Origin: a bacterium | Lineage (GTDB): Bacteria > SAR324 > NAC60-12 | Reading direction: 5' to 3' | DNA length: 64,000 nt | Assembly (NCBI GenBank): GCA_965205865.1 | Contig: CBDBHR010000030.1 | Span: 896,001-960,000, forward strand | In this document: piece by piece, positions 9,314 to 18,154 of the stretch | Layout of the letters: each line of letters starts with the position of its first letter | Numbering within the stretch: the first letter of the stretch is position 1 | Made by a program: the position numbers and the translations under genes | Notes under the pieces: model-generated | Database searches by the model: none | The model's input: only the letters and a program-made list of their open reading frames with translations | Told to the model about the DNA's origin: nothing

Positions 9314-10333
9314 TTAACTCGGATGGGTCGGCGCATGCTCGTCCCAAATGCGCCACCAGAGCAAACGCAGTTGTTTGGCTTGGTTTCCGGTTTCTTGTGG
9401 TAGTTGTTCCGCATTGATCGGTTGCACCCCATCGTTATTGATTATGCCCACGGCAAATCGGAATGCATAGTAAGGGACGATTCCCATCCGCAAATCCGTG
9501 ATGACGACCTTATCTTCTTCTTTGCTGACCCTGTAAAACCCTTTACTGAACCATGTTAGTCGCTGCACGGCCCATTGGTTAGAAATTGGTTGCAACAAGG
9601 CAGGTTGGCTTTCAAATCGTCTCCATTGCACTTTTGTTGATTGGTCTAATAATGAATATAATCCATCATAGTAACCATTGTTCTCCATCACAATGATTCG
9701 CCACAAAAGTGAATTGAAAGGAGTCGGAGTGGAGAGAAGACGTTCATAGGAGATGTTTTGCCGTCGCAACGATTTTTCCGCCAAATCATCAATGTAAAAT
9801 TTCGCTCCGACGGTCCAGGTCAAGTAAATACAAGCAAAGGCCAAACCAATCGAATTTAAATGATTTCCGAGGGACGAGGAACGCCGCATCCACAAGGCAC
9901 ACAACAAACCGGTCAATAAGGGTATGGTAATTGCGGGGTCAATGATAAACACGGTGGACCAAGTGACCGGATGACTGGAAAAGGGTAACCAGATTTGCGT
10001 ACCATACACAGTGAAGCAATCCAACAAGGTATGAGTGTAGAAAGCTAAAATGACTAATAAACCCCAGGTCACACGATGGGAGCGAGTGTTTGGATGAATG
10101 CGAAGGATGAACCATACCAGCAATGGCATGGCAAGCGTCATGAAAAAGAAAGAGTGGCTCACACCACGGTGGTAAGTGAAATCGCTCACCGGATCTCCCA
10201 TTGAGAAGAAAACGTCCAGATCGGGAAGCGTACCACACAGCGCACCCCAAAAGGCCGCGCGTCGACCCACTTTCCGCCCTAATACTGCTTCTCCAACAGC
10301 AGCTCCGAGGGTCAATTGCGTGAATGAATCCAT
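9314..10333 (-). CDS. Metal-dependent inner-membrane hydrolase (YdjM-like)
   Basis: MDSFTQ, PDLD, HRGVSHS, HTLLD..T.YGT motifs. Confidence 0.85.
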   Translation of the reverse strand: MDSFTQLTLGAAVGEAVLGRKVGRRAAFWGALCGTLPDLDVFFSMGDPVSDFTYHRGVSHSFFFMTLAMPLLVWFILRIHPNTRSHRVTWGLLVILAFYTHTLLDCFTVYGTQIWLPFSSHPVTWSTVFIIDPAITIPLLTGLLCALWMRRSSSLGNHLNSIGLAFACIYLTWTVGAKFYIDDLAEKSLRRQNISYERLLSTPTPFNSLLWRIIVMENNGYYDGLYSLLDQSTKVQWRRFESQPALLQPISNQWAVQRLTWFSKGFYRVSKEEDKVVITDLRMGIVPYYAFRFAVGIINNDGVQPINAEQLPQETGNQAKQLRLLWWRIWDEHAPTHPS

Positions 10334-10691
10334 AGCGCATGAATTTTTGTTGTTTCTTTTTTGGATAAAAACCTGTTTCGTCCTATTGCAAAAAAGAACT
10401 TTGCCCAACCTCGAGTTTCAGGTGGGAACATCCTGCCAATACTGCCGTGAAGTTGAAAAGTGATGCAAAAGGTAGATTTGCGAATTCCCAAGTAAAAAAT
10501 GGAAACGGTTTATGAATCCCGCTAATTTTTAGGTAACCTATTGAATTTATTGCAATAGATGTGTGAAAGTTTTGTTGACAAAGGGGATGGAACTACTATA
10601 AATTCAATTGGCGGTAGGTGAAGTACTCCAAATATTTAATTGATAGAGGAACCGTTTCAGCCCACCATTTGTGAAGCAGTGTTCCCTTTAA

Positions 10692-12078
10692 TTGGTAAAA
10701 AATTTAAAATCTCATACTAACATGCTTGCCATTCCCAACCAAGCGTTGATCCTCCATAGCATCTACTTAGGCGTGATTGTCGCCCTGATGCTCTCCAACA
10801 GCATGTTCGCATTCACTCTGAGAGAGACGAGCTACTGTTATTATGTAGGATTTATCGCATTTTTAGGAGGGGCGCAGACGCTGGAAAATAAGTTTTTTTA
10901 TGAGTTTTTTGGGCCAATATTATCCCCGTGGAGCCTGAAAGCCTGGCCCATCTTGATGGGTATCAGTCTCTCTTTCGCATATTTGTTTGTGCGTCGTTTT
11001 TTACGCACAAAAGAAAACCTGCCAATTTTCAATTCCTTGCTTGTCGTCCTTTTGGTGATCAGCCTGTTGACCTCTGTGATTGCTGCCATTTTTCCCCAAT
11101 GGTTCTTGTTACAGTTGATGAAAATTTTACTTCTCGTTTGGGCAGTCTTGGCAATTTATGCAGGTGTTCGACGATGGCGGCAAAACTTTCGACCTGCTCG
11201 ATTTTACCTTTTAGCCTGGATTTGCCTGGCAGTCGCGAGCTTTGAGGGATTGTCTTCAGACTCAACGGAAGCGCTAAACGTGGAAGGGATCACATGGAGC
11301 ATTTATTTGAGTTCTTTATTGGCCGTAGTTCTCTTAGCTCTTGCGTTGATAGACTGTCTCAATGCGTCCCGTCAAAAAAGCGAATCCACCTTGAGAGAAA
11401 GATTGGCTGAAGCTGAAAAAGTAATGCGTTTGACCGATATATTCAATCGTTTTGTGCCACATTCAATGATCCAATGTTTACCAAAAAAGCACATCATCGA
11501 TGTTCAGACTGGGAGACTACGTTCAGCAAGAAATGAGTGTGCTGTCAATGGAAATTCAAAATTATCCGGTGCTATCCGCAGGACTATCGCCCCCCGACAA
11601 CCTTGATTTTGTCAACCAGTTTTTAAATGAAATGGGGCCCGTTGTGCGAAACCACAATGGTTTCGTGGGGAAATATAAGGCGACTGGGATAACAGCATTT
11701 TTCCCCGATAAACCTGAAGACGCTGTTGCTGCCGGAAGGAAAATGCTGAAAAGAGTGAAACAACTCAATCAGGATAAAAAAGCAAATGATACGACTATCG
11801 AAATCGGAATCGGCGTTAATTGTGAAGTCCTCCTTCTGGGAATTGTTGGAGAAGTGGGACGCATGGAAGGGGCTGTCATCTCCGATGCGGAAATTGTAGC
11901 GGTCCATTTGCAAGCGCTGACGAAATCGTATCAACGGCCCTTTCTGATTACTGAATACACTCTTGCGGCACTGGTGGAGTCAAACAATCCGTTAATCGAA
12001 TTTGTCGACCGTGTCCGGGTGCCGGGAAAATCGAATTTGATTGATATTTTTGAAGTAAAAAAGAAACCATGGGATTAG
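10692..12078 (+). pseudogene. 7TM-DISM membrane domain plus class III adenylate/guanylate cyclase, frameshifted
   Basis: Hydrophobic 7TM region (PARFYLLAW), RFVP linker, cyclase segment (IGIGVN, GIVGEVGRMEGAVISD); frameshift near 11505. Confidence 0.75.
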
Positions 12079-12098
12079 ACTCTGGTACTTCGTTAGAA

Positions 12099-12815
12099 TC
12101 ACACTCCTAAATAACGGTGCCGAGCATCCAAATCTTCTGCGAGCAATGCCGAATCTCCCGACCATACGATGCGACCCCTCTCTAAAATATAATGATGATC
12201 GGCAAAGCGAAGGAGGGATTCGATGTGTTTGTCGATGACAAGGATTGATTGTCCGGTCTTCTTCAAGACTTCAAGACAGCGCCAGATTTCCTTGCGAATC
12301 AGAGGGGCTAAGCCTTCTGTCGCTTCGTCAAGAATGAGTAAACGGGGATTGGTCATCAAGGCGCGACCGATGGAGAGCATTTGCTGCTCCCCTCCGGAAA
12401 GTTGGTTCCCGCGATATTTTTGGCGCTGTGCCAGGATGGGAAAAATTTGCAAGACCCGTTCGAGGGTCCAGGGAGCAAGGGATCTTGTTTGAACGGAATC
12501 TCAGCGGATTCCTTGCTGTTGCCAGTAGATTTTCCTTGACTGACAAATTGGGGAAAATCTGACGTCCTTCCGGCACCAATCCCACGCCAAGTCGGGCAAT
12601 CCGGTAGGAGGGAAGGTGCTGGATTTCTCTCCCTTCCAGCAGAATTTTTCCTCGATGCGTCGGTGTCAATCCGATGATGGAGCGCACGGTTGTGGTTTTT
12701 CCCATGCCATTGCGTCCCAAAAGAGTGACAGCTTGCCCTTCTTAATTTTGAGATCGATGCCAAATAAAACCTGGCTGCTGCCATAAAACGTTTCGATTTT
12801 TTGCACTTCCAACAT
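12099..12815 (-). pseudogene. livF: Liv-type ABC ATPase (LivF-like), two frameshifts
   Basis: GRNGMGKTT, LSGGEQQML, LILDE spread over three frames (shifts near 12740 and 12480). Confidence 0.8.
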
Positions 12816-13567
12816 CAGAGGACCTCATCGCCCAGATACGCGGTTCGCACGTTTTCGTTGTTACGGATTATTTCCGGGAGTCCGCTGGCAATTACTTTAC
12901 CGTAGACCAGCACGGTCAGACGGTCGGAAAGGGTAAAGACCGCATCCATATCATGCTCGACCAGCAAAATGGTATAGTCGTTTTTCAATGTCCGTAATAG
13001 TTGGATCATCCGGAGCGATTCTTCGGCTCCCATTCCGGCCAAAGGTTCATCCAGGAGCAATAAAACCGGCTCAGAGGCGAGGGTCATGGCGATTTCCAGT
13101 TGACGTTTTTCGCCATGCGCCAGATGACCTGCCAAGGTAGGCGCACGATCGGCCAATCCCACCTGATCGAGAATACGCAAAGCCGGTTCTCGCAGAGTGC
13201 GGTCCGTTTTTGCGGATTTCCAGAAATGAAAGCTGTGCCCTTGTCGAGCCTGCACTGCCAATGCCACATTGTCTTCTGCAGTCAGCGCTTCAAAAATAGA
13301 CGTGATTTGATAAGAACGAGAAATTCCCTGGCGCACCCTTTTGTGGATAGGCCAGTGGGTGATTGACTCTCCTTGAAACAACAGGCTCCCTCCATCGGGG
13401 ATCAATTCACCGGAGAGTTGGGCAATTAAAGTAGTTTTTCCGGCGCCATTGGGACCAATCACGGCGTGCAGTTTGCCTTTCTCCAGTTCCAGGGAAAGCC
13501 CGTCAATTGCTTTGAGCGCGCCAAAATTTTTACGCAACTGGCGGATTTCCAAAATGTTGTCAGCCAT
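12815..13567 (-). CDS. livG: Liv-type ABC ATPase (LivG-like)
   Basis: GPNGAGKTT, LLLDEP, VEHDMD, AYLG. Confidence 0.9.
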   Translation of the reverse strand: MADNILEIRQLRKNFGALKAIDGLSLELEKGKLHAVIGPNGAGKTTLIAQLSGELIPDGGSLLFQGESITHWPIHKRVRQGISRSYQITSIFEALTAEDNVALAVQARQGHSFHFWKSAKTDRTLREPALRILDQVGLADRAPTLAGHLAHGEKRQLEIAMTLASEPVLLLLDEPLAGMGAEESLRMIQLLRTLKNDYTILLVEHDMDAVFTLSDRLTVLVYGKVIASGLPEIIRNNENVRTAYLGDEVL

Positions 13568-14561
13568 GCTCCCTTTCCTCTTCTCCGATAAATAAGCCAT
13601 AAAGGCCGCGCTTACTGAACAAGACCACAAGGATCAGAAATGGTCCGAAATACAACATCCAATGTTCGGTATAAGCGGATAGGATTTCTTCTATGGACAA
13701 AAACGCAATTGCTCCAAACACGGCTCCAAACAGGGTGCCCATTCCCCCCAAAACAACCATGATCAATATTTCTCCGGATTGTGTCCAATGCAGGAGGTCC
13801 GGGCTGACGTATTCCAAATGGTTACTCATCAGGATCCCTGCTAAACCGGCGCCGGCCCCCGAGATTGTGAATGCCGTCAGTTTATATATGTAGGTGGGAA
13901 ACCCCAGGGTTTTCATACGCTGCTCGTTTTGTTCGCACCCTTGGAGCACCATGCCAAAGCGCGCATGAATCAATCGATGGGAGAAGAGGACAAATAGCAA
14001 CAAGAAGGCAAAGCAAATATAGTAGAAGGTCGTGTCGTTGTTGAGGTCCAAGTCGAAAAGCGTGTTACGTTCGTACATGCTCATACCATCATCGCCTCCG
14101 TAAGTTTCCAAAGAAATGAAGAAAAAGAAGAGCATTTGGGCAAAGGCCAGCGTAATCATCAAAAAGTAGACCCCGCTGGTGCGCAGGCTTAAGGCGCCAA
14201 TCACCAAGGCGAACAAAGCGGTCACCACTATGCTGACAGGCCAAGCCAGCAGCGCATCATTGCTACCTGGGATTTCGACAGGCCAACTGAGGAAGGGCGT
14301 TCCCTCCGCATAATGAAAAGCCAGAATGCCCACGCCATAAGTCCCCATTCCGAAAAAAGCAGCATGTCCCAAACTGACCATCCCTCCATATCCCAGAATC
14401 AAGTCGAGACTGACCGCGGCAATTCCATAAATAAGACAACGTCTGAAAAAGGGAATCAGATAGTTTTGATCCAGGATTTCTGCAAGCGGTGGTAAGCAGA
14501 AGAGAAAGGCGAATAAAAAGAAAAGAACAAATTTTTTACGGGTCAGTTTAAGCATTGGCAT
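13560..14561 (-). CDS. livM: Liv-type ABC permease (LivM-like)
   Basis: GMVSLGHAAFFG, YFLMITLAFAQ, VVLGGMGT. Confidence 0.88.
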   Translation of the reverse strand: MPMLKLTRKKFVLFFLFAFLFCLPPLAEILDQNYLIPFFRRCLIYGIAAVSLDLILGYGGMVSLGHAAFFGMGTYGVGILAFHYAEGTPFLSWPVEIPGSNDALLAWPVSIVVTALFALVIGALSLRTSGVYFLMITLAFAQMLFFFFISLETYGGDDGMSMYERNTLFDLDLNNDTTFYYICFAFLLLFVLFSHRLIHARFGMVLQGCEQNEQRMKTLGFPTYIYKLTAFTISGAGAGLAGILMSNHLEYVSPDLLHWTQSGEILIMVVLGGMGTLFGAVFGAIAFLSIEEILSAYTEHWMLYFGPFLILVVLFSKRGLYGLFIGEEEREHG

Positions 14562-15462
14562 GAAACAATCCGGTGGGACGCCACATCAGGACTATGGCCA
14601 TGAGAAGGTAAATAGAAACGGAAGCCAGAGCGCTACCCACGCCGTCTGCATAAGCATTGGACATGAAGAGGCGAAAGAAGGCAGGAAGAAAGGCCCGTCC
14701 CAAGGTATCCACAACTCCCACAATGAGGGCGCCCACAAAAGCGCCGCGAATCGAGCCAATACCGCCAATGACGACAACCACAAAAACCGGAATAAGGATA
14801 TTTTCTCCCATGCCTGCTTCCACCGACATGATTGGTCCGGCCATCACGCCTGCCAATCCTGCCAACATGGCACCCAAGCCAAAAACCAGAGTGTAAAGCA
14901 ATTTGATGTCGACCCCCAGGGCGCCAATCATTTCACGGTTGCTTGCGCCGGCCCGAATCAGCATTCCTGAACGAGTATGGTTGATCAAAATATAGAGAAA
15001 AACAGCCACTGCAATGCCCACTGCAATGATCGCCAAACGATAGGAAGGATAAGGCGCATCCGGCAGGAACTCGATTGCCTGAGAAAAGAGGGGGGGCGCA
15101 TCAAAGAACAAAGCGCTCCGCCCCCAAATCACCTGGACCGCCTCGTTGAAGAAGAAAATCAATCCAAACGTCACCAGCACCTGATCCAGGTGATTGCGTT
15201 CATAGAGCGCACGCGAAGTGAGGATTTCCACCAGTATGCCAACCAGGCCTGTTGCCAGTAGGGCCGCCAGTAAACCCAGCAGGAAATTACCGCTGAGATT
15301 GCTCACCGTAGCGGCTACAAAAGCCCCAATCATATAAAAAGAACCATGAGCCAGATTGATCAGATTCATGATTCCAAAAACCAGGGTTAAGCCGGCAGCC
15401 ATTAAAAACAGCATCACTCCCAGTTGCGCGCCGTTCAGAATTTGTTCAAGCAACAACCACAT
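14548..15462 (-). CDS. livH: Liv-type ABC permease (LivH-like)
   Basis: GLTLVFG, INLAHG, VVIGGIGS. Confidence 0.88.
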   Translation of the reverse strand: MWLLLEQILNGAQLGVMLFLMAAGLTLVFGIMNLINLAHGSFYMIGAFVAATVSNLSGNFLLGLLAALLATGLVGILVEILTSRALYERNHLDQVLVTFGLIFFFNEAVQVIWGRSALFFDAPPLFSQAIEFLPDAPYPSYRLAIIAVGIAVAVFLYILINHTRSGMLIRAGASNREMIGALGVDIKLLYTLVFGLGAMLAGLAGVMAGPIMSVEAGMGENILIPVFVVVVIGGIGSIRGAFVGALIVGVVDTLGRAFLPAFFRLFMSNAYADGVGSALASVSIYLLMAIVLMWRPTGLFHANA

Positions 15463-15467
15463 GTGAA

Positions 15468-16646
15468 TTATAACTCACAATCTCTGGCATAGGCATCCAC
15501 ATGGTTGGTAAAAACTTTTTCAATCGTTTTGTTTGTCAGGCTACCGTCCGCTTTTTTGAAAACTTGACGGAGGTAGAAATCCTGGACAGGATGCTGATTT
15601 TTGCCAAACATGAAATTGCCGCGAACTGATTCGAAATCCGCATTTCTCAGTGCTTCCCGCAGACTGTCCGTGTCCGATACATCGCCATTGAGCGCTTTGA
15701 GAGCGCTGGCGATCAGCAGAGCCGCGTCGTAACCCTGGCTGGCATAGACGGTCGGATACTTGCCGTGTTTTTTACGATAGGCATGCACGAATTGGCGACT
15801 GCTGGGGTTATCAAAGTCGTGATTCCAATGAGTCGTATTATAGAATCCTACCGTCACTTCTCCAATCGCTTTGAGGATGCGTTCATCAAACGACCAGGCG
15901 GGACCGTAGACATTTATTTCTTTATGCAATCCTGCTTGTATGAATTGCTTCATGAAGTTGATACCCATGCCGCCAGGCAGAAAGAAAAAAATGCCTTTGG
16001 GCTTCGCGGCGCGCAAGTTGGAGATTTCTGCGGCATAATCGGATTGTCCCAATTTGACATAGACCTCTCCGCTAACCGACCCTTTGTAAAAACGCTTGAA
16101 TCCGGCAATCATATCCTTTCCTGCCTGGTAATTGACCGAAAGCAGGTAGGTGTCTTCTTTGCCCTTCGTCGTTAAATAATTCCCCATCGCCTCAGGTATG
16201 CCATCGTTCTGCCAGGAGACGTTGAAATAATTTTTATCACAACCTTTGCCGGCAAACTTGGAAGAGCCTGCATTGGGGCTGATAAAGATTTTTCCCTTGC
16301 GGGTTACTTTTGGAACTACGGCATTGAGGACGTTGCTGAAAATGATGCCCGTAACGATATCGACTTTATCACGATTTATGAAGCGCTCGGCAATTTCGAT
16401 GCCTTTTTGCGGTTTTCGGTTGTCATCCTCCACCAATAGTTTGATTTCGATGCCACCGAGGGCGCCTCCTTCTTTCTCCATCGCCAGTATGAAGCCATCT
16501 CGCACTTCCTCGCCCAAATATCCGGATCCCGTGGAGAGCGTTGTGATCATTCCGATTTTAACGGGGGCGGCCGTCAACAGGCTGGAACTGAAAAAGATTC
16601 CACAGACTGCAACCATAAATGATAAATAAATTTTTATTTTTTTCAT
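15468..16646 (-). CDS. Liv-type ABC substrate-binding protein
   Basis: Signal peptide, VKIGMITTLS, LVEDD, QGYDAA; first gene of the liv operon. Confidence 0.88.
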   Translation of the reverse strand: MKKIKIYLSFMVAVCGIFFSSSLLTAAPVKIGMITTLSTGSGYLGEEVRDGFILAMEKEGGALGGIEIKLLVEDDNRKPQKGIEIAERFINRDKVDIVTGIIFSNVLNAVVPKVTRKGKIFISPNAGSSKFAGKGCDKNYFNVSWQNDGIPEAMGNYLTTKGKEDTYLLSVNYQAGKDMIAGFKRFYKGSVSGEVYVKLGQSDYAAEISNLRAAKPKGIFFFLPGGMGINFMKQFIQAGLHKEINVYGPAWSFDERILKAIGEVTVGFYNTTHWNHDFDNPSSRQFVHAYRKKHGKYPTVYASQGYDAALLIASALKALNGDVSDTDSLREALRNADFESVRGNFMFGKNQHPVQDFYLRQVFKKADGSLTNKTIEKVFTNHVDAYARDCEL

Positions 16647-17224
16647 GAAAACTCCCGGGAAAATGTCTCCGCGGCAACCCTTTGCAACCGCAACTGCGTG
16701 GTCGGATAAAATAATTTTCCCTGTCCTTCCTATACCAGGGTCGCAAGTTTCGAAACAACGAGGCCACGTAAATTTCATGATATTGGTTTCTGTGGTTGAG
16801 AAACAAGCTTTTTTTCTCGTAGCTGGCCGGTGATATTTTCAGCCTCATCGGAGAGGAGGAAGGCCAACATTTTGTTCCGACGCAGGATTGGGGACTGCCA
16901 CGTCTGCAGACGTACATTTCCGCGGCAATTGCTGTATCACTCTTGTCGCCACCCTCAGTCACTCGGATCCTGCAGGTATTGTCCTCAGTTGGATGCAAGA
17001 AAATATTCCATGTTGCTGCAGCCAGCTTTGAAAAATATCGCTACGTAATCTGAGTTCGATATAAATCTTCAATAATATGAGTATCCTAGCGTATATTTCA
17101 TCCTCAGATCGATGAACAACTCTTGCGCTTAAAACAATTTCTTATTACCAATACGCAAGTCCGACCCCATTTCTATAAATCTTTTGTTTTGAATAAAAAA
17201 TATTTGAAAATTTTTGTAATTTGC

Positions 17225-17252
17225 TTGCTTTTATAAATATATACTTTATGAT
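17225..17252 (+). promoter_or_regulatory. Putative sigma70 promoter for the structured RNA
   Basis: TTGCTT-N16-TATGAT preceded by an AT-rich tract. Confidence 0.5.
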
Positions 17253-17255
17253 GTA

Positions 17256-17688
17256 GGTGCTCTAATCAAAATAGAGCAAGAGGCCAGGACGGGAATCAAA
17301 CCCGTATGTCAGATATTGCTAGTATCTGATCCTACCTTTGGATACCTGGCCATGTAGAAGTGTTTTGGCGCTGTTACTCTCACGGCCTCTAGAGTCAAGC
17401 TAGAGAAGGCAAACGGAATTGGGACTCCGTCTTGTCTGCCAATTATTTCACTTCTACGGCAGTTTGTCTCTGAGCGTATGCTTATTTCGCCACAGAGACA
17501 ATTAGTATAGAGCGGAGTAAGGGATAAAATTCTATCCCTCTCCGCCTATCTCATTTTAATCTAATTGGTTTGGGGTCACTCATTAGAGGAATAGCCAAGA
17601 AAAAAAACACTTTTCCGTCCATAAATCAGGGTGACCGATTTGCGTGTAGTCCTCAGCATTTGGCACTACAATTTTTGATAAACGCACC
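17256..17688 (+). ncRNA. Candidate large structured ncRNA of unknown family
   Basis: ORF-free; more than 10 helices, two multibranch domains, loop-loop complementarity and 5'/3' end pairing, all read directly from the sequence. Confidence 0.6.
17281..17351 (-). other. tRNA-like cloverleaf (anticodon loop CT-AGC-AA, U73, no CCA)
   Basis: GGCCAGG TA TCC AAAGGTA GGA TC AGATA CTAGCAA TATCT GACAT ACGGG TTTGATT CCCGT CCTGGCC T; all four stems perfectly paired. Confidence 0.6.
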
Positions 17689-17983
17689 ATTTATTTCAAG
17701 AGTTTGAGTCATTCCTTCAAAATGGATCAAAGGAACGCTCCAGTCACTCATCAGGATCAAGGAGTGGGCCGATCTTCAGGTCCGACTCCCCTGGCAAAAT
17801 AATTTGCCCTGGAAAAACATATGTACCTTGTTGTGTCCAATGGTTTGTACAGGCTTTTGGCTCACGGTTCCGTCCGCGTCCATCCCCTTGATGGCTCACC
17901 GCAAGGGCGTTCGAAAATTGTATTGCTTTCATCTGAGGGGTTGGAGACCGCTTTCCAATCAGGCTAATGGCTCGTTGGAAGGT

Positions 17984-18060
17984 GGTCAGGCCTTTAATTA
18001 AATAAAAAGGAAGCAAAAAAACAAGACTCGTTCCTAATCAAATAATCAAAGGCCTGACCC
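17984..18060. repeat. GGTCAGGC-type inverted repeat element
   Basis: GGTCAGGCCTTTAATTA / TAATCAAAGGCCTGACC (16 of 17 complementary); related to the hairpin at 25033. Confidence 0.6.
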
Positions 18061-18154
18061 CCTCTTAAGAACACATTAGAGGATTCCTCCATTTGTCAAG
18101 GGACCGTATTTGAACCGATACTTGCACTGGGGAGCACAACTCGTTTTGATACAA

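Noticed and set aside
16830-17130. Possible SDR gene (LAFLLSDEAENITGQ on the minus strand)
   Set aside because: Only a ~15-aa resemblance amid stop codons; too little to call.
17281-17351. Pyrrolysine tRNA or functional tRNA-Ala
   Set aside because: The anticodon position reads AGC, not CTA; no pyl genes; no G3:U70 pair and no CCA.
17256-17688. Group II intron (minus strand begins GTGCG at 17687)
   Set aside because: No recognisable domain V or VI and no RT/maturase ORF.
17256-18100. Complete retron/DRT system or CreTA-like module
   Set aside because: No reverse transcriptase in the window and no degenerate CRISPR-repeat pair visible near the RNA; kept only as a hypothesis.
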